The translations under genes were made by a program, and so were the position numbers. 64,000 nucleotides of DNA. It comes from Planctomycetota bacterium (GTDB taxonomy: Bacteria; Planctomycetota; UBA11346). Positions within the stretch are counted from its first letter, which is position 1. Each line of letters begins with the position of its first letter. The DNA lies in the NCBI GenBank assembly GCA_038231435.1, contig JBBRLJ010000012.1:32001-96000 (forward strand), in the 5' to 3' direction. Below, one piece after another: positions 30,446 to 41,663 of this stretch. Under the pieces are notes generated by a model. That model did not search any database, was not told where the DNA came from, and worked only from the letters and a program-made list of their open reading frames with translations.

Positions 30446-31468
30446 ATGTCCGAGCCCGATCCGGGAGTTCCACGTGCGGGAAAGCCCGAGGCGTCACCGG
30501 TCGCCCCGGGCGCGGCCCCTTATGAGCAGCTCGCCAACCGCATCGCGCGCGTGCACCGCCACCTGCGCAAATGGGCCCGCCGCACCGACGTCACCTGCTA
30601 CCGGCTGTACGAGAAGGATATCGCCGACCAGCCGCTGATCGTGGACTGGTACGATGGCGACGCGGTGGTGTGGGCGTTCGCGCGCACCCGCAACGAGACC
30701 GCCGAGCAGGAAGCGGCCTGGCTATCCGCCGTCGAGCAGAGCGTGCGTTCAGCGCTGGACCTGGGCGCCGAGCACGTGTTCGTCAAACGACGCGCGCCCC
30801 AGAAGGACCGGCAGTCGGGCGGGCAGTACGAACGCCTCGGCCAGAAGCGTACGGTCAAGAACGTGCGCGAGCAGGGCCTGCTCTTCGAGGTCAACCTCTC
30901 CGACTATCTCGACACCGGCCTGTTCCTCGACCACCGTCCCACGCGCGCGTTGGTGCGCGAACGCGCGGCTGGCAAGGCGGTGCTGAATCTCTTCGCCTAC
31001 ACCGGTTCGTTCACCTGCTACGCGCGCGCGGGTGGCGCCACCGCGACCGTTACTGTCGATCTCAGCAACACCTACCTCGACTGGGCGGCGCGCAACCTGG
31101 AGCTCAATGGCTTCACGACCGGCCCGGAACATCGCCTGGAGCGCGCCGACTGCCTGGCGTGGCTCGATCAGGCGCCGCGCGCGACCCAGCGCTTCGACCT
31201 CATCGTCTGCGATCCGCCGACCTTCTCGAACTCCACCTCGATGCCGAAGCCATTCGCGATCGAGAAGGACCATCCCTGGCTGCTGGCGCGCTGCCGCGAG
31301 CTGCTGAATCCCGGCGGCGAGCTCTACTTCAGCACCAACTTCCGCGGCTTCGACCTGCGTGGCGGGGGCGAGGGCTTCACCATCGAGGATCTCACCGAGC
31401 GCTCGATCCCCGAGGACTTCCGCAATCGCCGCATCCATCGCTGCTTCCGCATGGTGAGATCGGGCTGA
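30446..31468 (+). CDS. rlmK: Class I SAM rRNA methyltransferase matching the C-terminal (RlmK) half of RlmKL
   Basis: LANRI, CYRLYEKDI, VNLSDYLDTGLFLDHR, LNLFAYTGS, VDLSNTYLDW, DPPTFSNS, FSTNFR, IPEDFRN..IH. Confidence 0.8.
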   Translation: MSEPDPGVPRAGKPEASPVAPGAAPYEQLANRIARVHRHLRKWARRTDVTCYRLYEKDIADQPLIVDWYDGDAVVWAFARTRNETAEQEAAWLSAVEQSVRSALDLGAEHVFVKRRAPQKDRQSGGQYERLGQKRTVKNVREQGLLFEVNLSDYLDTGLFLDHRPTRALVRERAAGKAVLNLFAYTGSFTCYARAGGATATVTVDLSNTYLDWAARNLELNGFTTGPEHRLERADCLAWLDQAPRATQRFDLIVCDPPTFSNSTSMPKPFAIEKDHPWLLARCRELLNPGGELYFSTNFRGFDLRGGGEGFTIEDLTERSIPEDFRNRRIHRCFRMVRSG

Positions 31469-31530
31469 GCGGCGTGCGACGTGACGCCGAGGAAAGCACG
31501 TACGCATCGTGGCTGTCCGCTCTCTTCCCC

Positions 31531-31650
31531 CGACCGCCGAGTCCTGGTGCGTGAACCATGGGCGCAGCCCATCACGCAAACATTTTAGCCAGCAGTGACA
31601 AAACGAAGGACGACCAGGGCCGTGGGGGTCCGGGGGCATAGCCCCTGAAT
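31531..31650 (+). repeat. Structured intergenic repeat, class B copy
   Basis: Aligns end to end with the reverse complement of 41371-41492. Confidence 0.9.
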
Positions 31651-31725
31651 CAGGCAGCCGCACACCGCACCTTCCCATAAGCACCTCCCATATTGCGCGC
31701 AGGTCGGCAGCGCGAAGCTCGCGCC

Positions 31726-33171
31726 ATGGTCTTGCCAGCGCCGCTCGTGCCGCTGAACGAATCCGCGCTCATCGACGAGGCCGCGGTGGCCCTGGGCCAG
31801 GATCTCGGCGTGCTGATGGAGCGCGCCGGCGAGGCGCTGATGCGCGAGGCGTCGCGGATGGCGCCGACCGGCCGCATCCTGGTGGTATGTGGACCGGGCA
31901 ACAACGGCGGCGACGGCTACGTGTGCGCTCGCCTGCTCGCCGAGGCCGGGCGCGAGATCAGCGTGTGGGCGGTGATCGCGCCGCGCAGCCCGCTGTGCGA
32001 GCGCCAGGCGAAGCGGCTGCCGGATACGGTCACGCGCCTCACCGGCGTCCCGTCGGAGACCCCGTCCCTGATCGTCGACGCCATCCTCGGCGCGGGCACG
32101 CGCGGCCGTCCCCGCGATCCGATCGCGAGCGCGCTGACCGCGCTCAAGGGGCTGAAGTCCCCGGTGCTGGCGTCTGACGTCCCGAGCGGGCTCGGCACCG
32201 ATCTGATGCTGCCCGCGACCCTGACCCTGTGCCTGCAGGTGGCCAAGCTCGAGTTGCTGAAGGTTCCTGGCGTCGGAGAGTTCAAGACGGTCGACATCGG
32301 GGTGCTGCCAGCGGCCTACCAGGATGTCCAACCCAGCTGCATGCGCCGCTTCCCGCCGCTCAAGCGTACCGGCCACAAGGGCACCCACGGCGAGCTGCTG
32401 GTGATCGGCGGCGGCGTCTTCCCCGGCGCGCTCGAGTTCGCCTGCCGCGCGGCGGTGATGACCGGCTGCGACATGGTGCGCGCGTGGACCGCCGAGGGCC
32501 CGAAGCTGCCGCCCGGCATCGTCGTCCACCGCCAGCAGGGCTCGTCGCTCTCTCCCGCGGATCCCGAGCAGCTGACGCCGATGCTGGTGCGCGCGAGCGC
32601 GGTGCTGATCGGGCCGGGAATCGGCCGCGAGGCCGGCTGTCCCGAGGCCGCACAACAGGCGTGCAGCCTGGCGCTCGAGATGGGCGTGCCGGTGATCCTC
32701 GACGCCGACGCGCTCACCGCCTGCGCCGACATGATCCGCGACCTGCCCGAGGGCGACGCGCGCATCCTGCTGACGCCGCACCGCACCGAGGCGCGCAACC
32801 TGATGGGCGTCGCCGCGACCGAGGAATCCCTGCACGCCTTCGCTCGCCCCGATCGCGTGCTGCTGGCCAAGGCCCCGGTCGATCTGGTCACCGATGGCTG
32901 GCGCTGGCAGCGAAATCCGCGCGGTAATCCACGCATGGCGGTGGGCGGCACCGGCGACATCGTCGCCGGTCTCGCCGCCGGATTCATGGCGCGCGGCGCG
33001 GCGCCCTTCGACGCCGCGCGCATGGCGGTGCTGTGGATCACCACCGCCGCCGACACCCTGTGGCACGAGCAAGGTCCGTGCTACGACTCCGAGTCCGTGC
33101 TCGGGAGACTGCCCGCCGCGCTGCGCTCGTTCCTCGAGCCCCTGGGCATGTGGCCTCCCGTCACTGGGTGA
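31726..33171 (+). CDS. nnr: Bifunctional NAD(P)H-hydrate epimerase/dehydratase (YjeF)
   Basis: LMERAG, CGPGNNGGDG, VDAILGAG, DVPSG, HKGTHG, IGPGIG, LDADAL, LTPH.TEA, MAVGGTGDIVAG. Confidence 0.93.
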   Translation: MVLPAPLVPLNESALIDEAAVALGQDLGVLMERAGEALMREASRMAPTGRILVVCGPGNNGGDGYVCARLLAEAGREISVWAVIAPRSPLCERQAKRLPDTVTRLTGVPSETPSLIVDAILGAGTRGRPRDPIASALTALKGLKSPVLASDVPSGLGTDLMLPATLTLCLQVAKLELLKVPGVGEFKTVDIGVLPAAYQDVQPSCMRRFPPLKRTGHKGTHGELLVIGGGVFPGALEFACRAAVMTGCDMVRAWTAEGPKLPPGIVVHRQQGSSLSPADPEQLTPMLVRASAVLIGPGIGREAGCPEAAQQACSLALEMGVPVILDADALTACADMIRDLPEGDARILLTPHRTEARNLMGVAATEESLHAFARPDRVLLAKAPVDLVTDGWRWQRNPRGNPRMAVGGTGDIVAGLAAGFMARGAAPFDAARMAVLWITTAADTLWHEQGPCYDSESVLGRLPAALRSFLEPLGMWPPVTG

Positions 33172-33210
33172 ACGTCCGTCGTCGGACAGCTCGACGACCG
33201 TGCGATCGGA

Positions 33211-34032
33211 TCACGGCTGTGACTCTTCGCAGCCGGTAGTCGACGACGGACGACGGACAACGGACGATGGACCATCCCCCGTTCTCGCCGTTCCTGCCCT
33301 GAACACGTCCTGGTCCTCTCCATGCCGCCCGGCTTCGAGCTTCATGAGCTTCTGGGCTGCTTCGCCCTTGTGCTCCATCACCCAGGCGTCGTAGCAGCGG
33401 ATCTGCTCCTCGGCCGGGAGGTCTCCGGGCAGGTCGGCGGACAGCGCCTCGCCGCGCAGCGCGTAGACCGAGGCCGCCACCGAGACCGAGAGGTTGAGGC
33501 TCTGCGGGAAACCCGCCATCGGGATGAGGAAGTGGCCGTCGGCCTGGCTGCTGGCGGCTGCCGAGACACCTGCGGTCTCATTGCCGAACACCAATGCGAG
33601 CGGCTGGGCCGCCAGGCGCTCGCGCAGGTGCTCGGGGCCGATGGTGGCGCCGGCGGACAGGTCGGTGGCGAAGATCGCGTAGCCCAGCGCGCGCAGTTCG
33701 GCGTAGCACGAAGCGATATCGGGATGCACGTGCAGGTCGACGTAGTGGTGGCTGCCCTGGCTGACGCGGCGGTTGACCTTGAAGGCGTTGCGGCCGGTGG
33801 TGACGAAGACTCTGTGGACGCCGAAGGCATCGCAGGTGCGGATGATCGCGGTGGCGTTGTGCGGATCGTGGCAGTCCTCGACCACGATCGCGAGCCGCGC
33901 GGTGCGGCGCGCCAAGACCTGGCGGTATTTGCGCGCGCGCTCGGGGGTGAGGATGCGATCGATGGGATGCGCCGGGATCGGGCTGGGCAGATCCCCGCCG
34001 AAGGCCGCGCCGACCGAATCAGGTCCGCGCAC
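33211..34032 (-). CDS. trmH: SpoU/TrmH-family RNA 2'-O-methyltransferase
   Basis: VEDCHDPHNATAIIRTCDAFG, LVFGNE..GVS, IPMAGFPQSLNLSVS. Start codon uncertain. Confidence 0.82.
   Translation of the reverse strand: MRGPDSVGAAFGGDLPSPIPAHPIDRILTPERARKYRQVLARRTARLAIVVEDCHDPHNATAIIRTCDAFGVHRVFVTTGRNAFKVNRRVSQGSHHYVDLHVHPDIASCYAELRALGYAIFATDLSAGATIGPEHLRERLAAQPLALVFGNETAGVSAAASSQADGHFLIPMAGFPQSLNLSVSVAASVYALRGEALSADLPGDLPAEEQIRCYDAWVMEHKGEAAQKLMKLEAGRHGEDQDVFRAGTARTGDGPSSVVRRPSSTTGCEESQP
33241..33273 (+). repeat. Degenerate heptamer tandem repeat (CGACGGA-like)
   Basis: cgacgacggacgacggacaacggacgatggacc. Confidence 0.7.
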
Positions 34033-34094
34033 GGCTGCTCCAGGTGTCGGTGTCCCACGGGAAGCGGTGCCGCGCGGGAGCGATCACCGACGGC

Positions 34095-34403
34095 TCACTC
34101 ACAGACGACCTTGCCGTCCTCGACGCGCACCTCGACGCGCTTGAGCGCATCGCCGTGGCAGGGGCCCGAGAAGCATTCGCCGGTGTCGGCCTTGAAGGCG
34201 GCGCCATGGAGCGAGCAGCGCAGCTCGTTCGGGCCGCTCTTGCATCGCCCATCTCCCCAATCGAGCCCGACGCCGACGTGGGGGCACGAGTTGCGGTAGG
34301 CATGGACGGTGCCCTGCTCGATCACCAGGATGACCTCGAAGCCGCTCGGGTGCTTCACGGTGATCTGATCGAAGTCCAACGACGGATGCAGCACGATGGC
34401 CAT
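34095..34403 (-). CDS. Rieske [2Fe-2S] ferredoxin
   Basis: NSCPH...CSLHGAAF...TGECFSGPC. Confidence 0.9.
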   Translation of the reverse strand: MAIVLHPSLDFDQITVKHPSGFEVILVIEQGTVHAYRNSCPHVGVGLDWGDGRCKSGPNELRCSLHGAAFKADTGECFSGPCHGDALKRVEVRVEDGKVVCE

Positions 34404-34561
34404 GTCCGATGGTAGCGCCCGCGGGACGGCGTCGAGGCTGGCCCCGCTGCTGCCCGGCTGCTGCCCATCGGAGGGGCGCCTGTGGGAACTGCTGCCATCG
34501 GAGCTTTGCAATCGTTCCAGCACCGCGATAAACGGCCTCCCCCATCGTGCCGAGGTACTCC

Positions 34562-35404
34562 ATGCGCTCATCTTCCATCTGCGCCGCACTCACCGCATTC
34601 GCGCTGGCTACCGCCTGCAGTTCGCGCGACGCGGGTCTCAACCTGATGTCGCCGCAGGAGGAGAACACCATGGGCACGCAGGCCTACGCCGAGGCGAAGA
34701 CCAAAGAGAAGCCCTGCGCCGATGCCGCCACCGTGGCCTTCGTGAACCGCGTCGCGCAGCGGCTCGAGAAGGTCGCGACCCCGATGGAACCGAAGGGCGG
34801 CGATTTTGCGTGGGAGGTGTCGGTGTTCGAGTCCGACACGGTGAACGCCTGGTGCCTGCCCGGCGGCAAGATCGCGGTCTACACCGGCATCCTGCCGTAC
34901 GTCGAGAACGAGGCCGCCCTGGCCGCGGTGCTCGGGCACGAGATCACCCACGCGCTGAAGCGCCACGGCGGCCAGCGCATGACCGATAACGCCATCGCCG
35001 GTGTCGTCGGCCAGGGGCTCGGCGCATTCCTGCAGGCCAAGGGCGTGAATCCGACCACCGGTAACGTGGCGATGGCGGCCTTCGGGGCCGGCGCGCAGAT
35101 CGGCGTGATGCTGCCGTTCAGCCGCGGCCAGGAGACCGAAGCCGACGAGGTCGGCCTGCAGCTGATGGCGCGCGCCGGCTACGACCCCCAGGAGGCGGTG
35201 AAATTCTGGGACCGCTTCGCCAAGCTCGGCAACGGGGGCACGCCCGGATTCCTCAGCGACCATCCACAGTCCGCCGACCGTTCGGCGAATCTGCAGAAGC
35301 ATCTGCCCGAAGCGCAGCAGCTCTACCAGGCCGCGCCCGAGAAGCACGGTGCCGGCGAGCAGGTGCCGCCCGCTTTCCGCCAGATGAAGGCCCCAGCGAA
35401 GTGA
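34562..35404 (+). CDS. M48 family metalloprotease lipoprotein (LoiP/Oma1-like)
   Basis: Lipobox LATAC, NAWCLPGGKIAVYTG, GHEITH, FSRGQETEAD, FLSDHP. Confidence 0.93.
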   Translation: MRSSSICAALTAFALATACSSRDAGLNLMSPQEENTMGTQAYAEAKTKEKPCADAATVAFVNRVAQRLEKVATPMEPKGGDFAWEVSVFESDTVNAWCLPGGKIAVYTGILPYVENEAALAAVLGHEITHALKRHGGQRMTDNAIAGVVGQGLGAFLQAKGVNPTTGNVAMAAFGAGAQIGVMLPFSRGQETEADEVGLQLMARAGYDPQEAVKFWDRFAKLGNGGTPGFLSDHPQSADRSANLQKHLPEAQQLYQAAPEKHGAGEQVPPAFRQMKAPAK

Positions 35405-35440
35405 CGCGCTGGCCTGTCGGCCGCTGATCCTTGTCCGTCG

Positions 35441-35483
35441 TCGCTCTCCGCTCTCCGCTTTCTGCGTTGAGCTTTCCGCTCCG
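35441..35483 (+). repeat. Degenerate heptamer tandem repeat (CTCTCCG/CTTTCCG)
   Basis: cgctctccgctctccgctttctgcgttgagctttccgct, between convergent genes. Confidence 0.65.
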
Positions 35484-35488
35484 TGTCC

Positions 35489-35881
35489 TCAGTGCCCAGC
35501 GGGCGCAGGCACCGGCGCGGCCTTCGGCGCATCCACCTTCGCGTCCGTTCCCGGCTTGGCAGCGGCCCCCGGTGCCGTGGCGGACTTCGCGGCAGCGGAC
35601 TCGGCCGCGTCGAGCTTGGCCAGGTACGTCGCGGGGTCCTTCTTGAAGTCGTCGATGCAGCCCTTGCAGCAGAAGCGCACCTCGCGTCCCTCGTGGTCGT
35701 AGACGACCGCGTCACCCATGTCGGCGCCGAGCTTGTCGCCCGAGACCACGCAGGTGTCGAGCGGATACGGCTTGGCGACCTTGGCGGGCGCAGGTTCGAC
35801 CGGCGCCGGCTTCTCGACGGCGAGCAGGGGCAGGAACGAGGCGGCCGCGAACAGCGCGACGGCGAGCAGGGGGGTGCGCAT
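35489..35881 (-). CDS. Small exported YHS/TRASH-like metal-binding protein
   Basis: Signal peptide, YPLDTCVVSGDKL, EVRFCCKGCIDDFKKDPATY. Confidence 0.85.
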   Translation of the reverse strand: MRTPLLAVALFAAASFLPLLAVEKPAPVEPAPAKVAKPYPLDTCVVSGDKLGADMGDAVVYDHEGREVRFCCKGCIDDFKKDPATYLAKLDAAESAAAKSATAPGAAAKPGTDAKVDAPKAAPVPAPAGH

Positions 35882-36033
35882 GATGTGGGCTCCAATAGGC
35901 GTGGCGGTCTACAGGAAAAGGTAGCCACGCGGGGCCTTGTTCCAGACCGGCATCGCGTCGATCGCGAGGAATACGGCGTAGAAGACGCCCCACAGTAGGT
36001 GGCTGGCCGCGCCCTCACGATAGGATCCATGCG

Positions 36034-37188
<1,155 letters not shown>

Positions 37189-37279
37189 CGGCAGTGGTCG
37201 TACTTAGATCATAGCAGTAATTGCGGCACCTCGATCGGAATCGGCGCCGCACACAGGCTCGGCGATCGACCCATTGGCA

Positions 37280-37330
37280 CAGGCACAAGATAAGTTAAAT
37301 CAATGTTTTATATTGTATTTAATGCGCGTT
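37280..37330 (+). promoter_or_regulatory. AT-rich putative promoter upstream of the 3D-domain gene
   Basis: ataagttaaatcaatgttttatattgtatttaat, a sharp AT spike in a GC-rich background. Confidence 0.4.
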
Positions 37331-37477
37331 CTACGGCCCGTTGCCAATCGTCAATCTATCGGCATTTGTTCTCGTACCTGATGAAGAACCGATATGGTCT
37401 TTGCCCCCGCGCCGTACGATCGGCGGCAAGGTCCCTGGAGGTGTCTCATCCGAGATTCAATCCGTTCGGTAGCCAGG

Positions 37478-38230
37478 ATGGTCGTCCTGGCGTTGCTCGC
37501 GGTCGCTCCCTTGGAGCGTCTCGGCGGGAGCCCGCCGGGAGCCGAGAATCGGACGTACCTGCTCAAGCCGACTCAGGACGATCCCGCCAGCGATCTGCCG
37601 ATGTGGGATCCGAACATCCATAGCGACATCGCCCTCGAGCAGCCGCTGGCCGATCCGGCCATGCAACCATCGCCTCAATCGCTCCCATCGAATGGGCCGG
37701 CGTTATTGGCCGACCTGCTTCCCACGGTACCCGCGCCGATGCCGTCGTGGCTCGCCACCTGGGACGGCCGCTCGCCCGCTACCCATCCCTCCCTCGCGGC
37801 GGACCTGAGCAAGCAGTCGCCGGACGCCTACGCCGACTGGCTGCGCTCGATCCTTCCAGAGGGTTGCACGGTCCGCCGCCAGTGGGCCATGGTCACCGCC
37901 TACTGCCCGTGCGCCATCTGCTGCGACGAGCGCACCGGCCGCACCGCCACGGGTCGGCGCACCGACATCCACCCGTACGGCGTCGCTTCCGACTTCAACC
38001 TGCTGCGCCGTGGCACCAAGCTGCACGTGCCCGGTTACCTCACCGAGTCCACTGTCGGCGGCATCTGGCCGGTCGACGACACCGGCGGCGCGCTGCGTCG
38101 CTCGCATGCCCGCGGCGTGCTGCACATCGACGTGCGCTTCGTCTCCCACGATTGGGCCGAACGCTGGGGCACCCGGAAGATGTGGATCTACGTCGTCAGC
38201 GGGCCGGTACAGGTCAACGAGGCGCCCTGA
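37478..38230 (+). CDS. 3D-domain protein (putative peptidoglycan lytic transglycosylase, Sps/MltA-like)
   Basis: VTAYCPCAICC, TATG, VASD, VDDTGGA, HIDV.F, WG. Start uncertain (37394/37478). Confidence 0.83.
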   Translation: MVVLALLAVAPLERLGGSPPGAENRTYLLKPTQDDPASDLPMWDPNIHSDIALEQPLADPAMQPSPQSLPSNGPALLADLLPTVPAPMPSWLATWDGRSPATHPSLAADLSKQSPDAYADWLRSILPEGCTVRRQWAMVTAYCPCAICCDERTGRTATGRRTDIHPYGVASDFNLLRRGTKLHVPGYLTESTVGGIWPVDDTGGALRRSHARGVLHIDVRFVSHDWAERWGTRKMWIYVVSGPVQVNEAP

Positions 38231-38267
38231 GCCCGGCTGTCAGCTGGACCCAGGGCGCCCAGCCGCT

Positions 38268-38735
38268 TCAGGTCCTTGGCAGCGAATCGGCGATCGGCGT
38301 GGTCGACAGGTAGGCGATGACTGCTGCGACGTAACACGACAGACCGCCGACCACCAGCAGCAGCTCCCAGACGAACCATGCGGTCTTGCGGTTGCGGTAG
38401 GCAATGATCGCCGCCAGCTCCTCGTGCGGATTCGCGCCGATGAACTGGGTCAGCCAGCGGATGCGCAGCGATCCGACCAACGCCGCGACCACGCCCATCA
38501 GCACCAGCACCAGTCCGCAGATCATCGCCGCGCGAGCGAAGGCTCCGCTCACGGCGATCCTTGGCCCAGAGAAACCGGTGATGGTCAGGGTGAGGGTGGC
38601 GAGCGTCAGCAACAGCTGGGTGCGCGATTGGATCACCGCGAACTGGGCGCTGAGCGCCTTCATCGCCGACGTGGGCGAGCCATGGAGCTCGAGCATGTGG
38701 GCGGCTTCGTCGCTCGGTGGGTGGATGCGGTGCAC
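38268..38735 (-). CDS. Small membrane protein (about 3 TM), unknown function
   Basis: Hydrophobic segments LLLTLATLTLTITGFSG, MICGLVLVLMGVVAALVG and LLLVVGGLSCYVAAVIAYL. Start uncertain. Confidence 0.7.
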   Translation of the reverse strand: MHRIHPPSDEAAHMLELHGSPTSAMKALSAQFAVIQSRTQLLLTLATLTLTITGFSGPRIAVSGAFARAAMICGLVLVLMGVVAALVGSLRIRWLTQFIGANPHEELAAIIAYRNRKTAWFVWELLLVVGGLSCYVAAVIAYLSTTPIADSLPRT

Positions 38736-38811
38736 GCCCGATGCTAGCCGGTGCCCGGGCCGCGGCCAAGCCCGCGTCTTGTCATCCGGCGGATGACGCA
38801 AACATGCGCGC

Positions 38812-41163
38812 ATGCAAAGTACCCGGCTCCTTCCGTTGGTCCCGATGCCGCGTTCGGTGGCCATGGGCGAGGGACGGTACGTGATCGGGGATGCGGCGTG
38901 GCGCACGCATCCGTACGCGCTCGCGCGCTCGTCGATCGCGCACAAGCTCGCCCAGCTCTCGGCAGAGCTGCAAGGTGACGAGAAGATCCCGGAATACTCG
39001 GTGCGGGTCGGGGAACCGGCGAGCGAGGCTCCGCTGGTTTCGCGTCGCGGCGGCTATGGGTTGGCGATCAGCGCGCGCGGCTTGTCATTGCGCGGAGCTG
39101 ATGCCGACGGCCTGTTCTGGGGGCTGGTCACCTGCGAGCGGCTCCTACTCGAGAGCGGCGGCAAGAGCCTGCCCGAGCTGGTGATCAGCGACTGGCCCGA
39201 GATCGCCGTGCGCATCCACCACGACGACGTCTCGCGCAAGCAGGTATCGCGCCTGGCTGACTTCAAGCGCATCGTGCGCTTGCTGTCCTCCTTCAAGATC
39301 AGCCACTACACGCTCTACCTCGAGGACATGCTGCACCTGAAATCGTTTCCCGACATCGGCGAGGGCCGCGGCAAGCTGACGCCCGACGAGGTCGCCGCGA
39401 TCGTCCGTGAGGGCGAGCTGCACAACGTCGAGGTGTTCCCGACCTTCCAGCTCATCGGCCATCAGGAGAACCTGCTGGCGCTGCCGAAATACGCGCATCT
39501 CGGCCGCGCCGTGTTCCAGAGCATGAGCAGCCTCGACCCGGCCAAGCCCGAGGTGCGCGAGTTCCTGATCCGCGCGATCGACGACGTCTGCGCGCTGTTC
39601 CCGTCCAAGCTCTTCGGCATGGGCTTCGACGAGACCCAGGGCGTGGACCGGCAGACCTTCGTGGCCCACGCCAATTGGTGCGCCGAGCAGCTCGCCAAGC
39701 GCGGCAAGACTCCGCTGATGTGGGCCGACATGATCTACAACCATTTCGGCTGCGAGACGCTGCAGCTGCTGCATCCGTCGATCGTCCCGATCAATTGGAC
39801 CTACGAGCCGTCGCTGCCGGTGCCGCACCAGCGCGAGCTCGAAGCCCAGGGCCGTCCGGTGTGGGGCTACGCGGGCTACAACAACTGGTGTGCGTTCATG
39901 CCCGACTTCGAGCGCGCGAAGGACTACCTATCGACCTGGGCGAAGCAGCTCGAGGGCCGGTCCGACGCTGCGCTCGCCGCGTCGATGTGGGGCGACGACG
40001 GCTACGAGAACAGCCGCGACCTGTGCTGGAACCTGTTCGCCTACTTCGCCGAGGCGTCGTGGTCGGGACCGGATGCCGACCGAGCATCGTTCGAGCGGCG
40101 CTTCCAGCGCGCCTTCTACGGCGCCGAGCTGCCCGAGCTCGAGCACATGCTGGGTTCACTGGCCAGCCGCCTGTCGCATCCTCCGGGCTGGTACTGGCGG
40201 CTGCACCGCCGCAACGCCAACGCGCTCTTCAGGCTCGCCACCGCGGAGCCTGCGATCGCCGACCAGATGCGAGCCGACGAGCAGGTGCTCGAGGCCGCGC
40301 TGACATCGCTCGGCGCCTCCCGCGCCGCTGCGCGTCGCGAGGCCGAGCACCTCGATCACGTCGCGGTCGGGCTCGAGCGCCTGCTGTCGGTGACGAGGCG
40401 CATGGCCTTCGCGCATCGGCATCTCGCCAATGCTGACCCAGTCGCGCGCGCGCGCGACGGCATGGCGCTCGCCGACGAGCTCATCGCCGTGCGCGACCGT
40501 TACCGCGACGTCTGGCTGCGCCACAACAAGTCCGAGAACGTCGAGGTGTCGCTCGCGGTTTTCGATCGCGTCGCCGACAGCTTCCGCGCCCTCGCGGCAT
40601 CGTCTGCGCGCATGGGTGACAACGCGACGTTCGCGCCGATGGATCTCGGCGAGCGCGCCGACACCTGCTTTCTGGACATCGCCGGGATCCCGATCGGGAT
40701 CGGCGCAGCGCACGGCGTCCCATTCCGCTTTGCCGGCATCGACCGTACCCACGCCAAGCTCGCCGGCTCCAACAAGGTCGTGGGGCTCGGTTTCGAGCCC
40801 GCGTCCCTGCGCGATCTCCATCTCGTCGTCACGGCACCCAAGCCCGCTGACGAACAGCCCATGCCCGCACTGCGAGTGGAACTGTCCTTGCGCGGAAAGA
40901 GCGTGTTCAGCGAGGACCTGTCGCTGATCACCCACTTGTGCGATTGGTGGGCACCGATGGGCGAGCACATGTGGGCGGGCGGCGGTTACACATATGTCGA
41001 CCGTTCACGTGTCACCTCGGCGTTCGCGCCCGACTCCTACTACGGACTGATGGACGTCCACGGTTTCGCCATCCCCGAGGGCGTGGTCGCGGACCGGCTC
41101 ACACTCACGTCACTCATCGGTGCAGAGATCAACGTCTTCGCGGTGACCCTGGAAAGGCGCTGA
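38812..41163 (+). CDS. Glycoside hydrolase family 20 (beta-N-acetylhexosaminidase-like) with C-terminal extension
   Basis: GH20b domain (GYGLAI...GLFWGLVT), ISDWP...R, DVSR, IGH, catalytic GFDE, MWADM, NWTY, WGDDG. No clear signal peptide. Confidence 0.85.
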   Translation: MQSTRLLPLVPMPRSVAMGEGRYVIGDAAWRTHPYALARSSIAHKLAQLSAELQGDEKIPEYSVRVGEPASEAPLVSRRGGYGLAISARGLSLRGADADGLFWGLVTCERLLLESGGKSLPELVISDWPEIAVRIHHDDVSRKQVSRLADFKRIVRLLSSFKISHYTLYLEDMLHLKSFPDIGEGRGKLTPDEVAAIVREGELHNVEVFPTFQLIGHQENLLALPKYAHLGRAVFQSMSSLDPAKPEVREFLIRAIDDVCALFPSKLFGMGFDETQGVDRQTFVAHANWCAEQLAKRGKTPLMWADMIYNHFGCETLQLLHPSIVPINWTYEPSLPVPHQRELEAQGRPVWGYAGYNNWCAFMPDFERAKDYLSTWAKQLEGRSDAALAASMWGDDGYENSRDLCWNLFAYFAEASWSGPDADRASFERRFQRAFYGAELPELEHMLGSLASRLSHPPGWYWRLHRRNANALFRLATAEPAIADQMRADEQVLEAALTSLGASRAAARREAEHLDHVAVGLERLLSVTRRMAFAHRHLANADPVARARDGMALADELIAVRDRYRDVWLRHNKSENVEVSLAVFDRVADSFRALAASSARMGDNATFAPMDLGERADTCFLDIAGIPIGIGAAHGVPFRFAGIDRTHAKLAGSNKVVGLGFEPASLRDLHLVVTAPKPADEQPMPALRVELSLRGKSVFSEDLSLITHLCDWWAPMGEHMWAGGGYTYVDRSRVTSAFAPDSYYGLMDVHGFAIPEGVVADRLTLTSLIGAEINVFAVTLERR

Positions 41164-41231
41164 CGCAAACGCACCGCGCATCCCCGCGTGATGTCCGGAG
41201 CCTGAACGATGGATCATGCCCTCCTCTCCAT

Positions 41232-41365
41232 CTCGGGGGCCCCATCGCTGGCGATGGAGCGGGCGCCGAGGGGCGGTCGGCGGATACCATCGGCGCAGCC
41301 GATCCGCCGACGATGTCGTAGCGCAGCGGAGACATCGAGCCCCGACAAAGCCCGTGGGGTAGGCC
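41232..41365 (+). repeat. Structured intergenic repeat, class A copy 1
   Basis: Near-identical to 41528-41633 and 48584-48710. Confidence 0.95.
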
Positions 41366-41370
41366 TTGGT

Positions 41371-41492
41371 GTTTCGGGGGCGTTGCCCCCGGACCCCACG
41401 GCCTTTGTCGTCCTTCTTTTTGTCCCTGCGGGCCAAAAAGTTTGCGTGATGGGCTACGCCCATTGTTCACGCAAACCAGGACTCGGCGGCCG
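41371..41492 (-). repeat. Structured intergenic repeat, class B copy (inverted)
   Basis: Reverse complement matches 31531-31650. Confidence 0.9.
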
Positions 41493-41527
41493 AGCGGCTG
41501 CGCCGCCTAAATCCGGAGCGCAGCGAC

Positions 41528-41663
41528 CGGGCGCCGAGGGGCGGTCGGCGGATACCATCGGCGTAGCCGATCCGCCGACGATGTCGTAGCGCAGCGTAGA
41601 CATCGAGCCCCGACAAAGCCCGTGGGGTAGGCCCACCGGGCCGTAGGGGCGAAGCCCCTGAAT
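41528..41663 (+). repeat. Structured intergenic repeat, class A copy 2 with terminal GTAG-GGGC-GAA-GCCCC hairpin
   Basis: Direct repeat of 41260-41365. Confidence 0.95.

Noticed and set aside
37270..37292. Sigma-54 promoter at TTGGCAC
   Set aside because: No GC at the required GG-N10 distance.
41110..41636. Short ORFs over the repeat cluster (also 48446-48798), e.g. RSADTIGxADPPTMS
   Set aside because: The shared peptides simply reflect the DNA repeat; conservation follows base pairing, not codons.
41232..41663. CRISPR array
   Set aside because: Units are about 100 bp, in mixed orientation, without regular repeat-spacer periodicity, and no cas genes are present.
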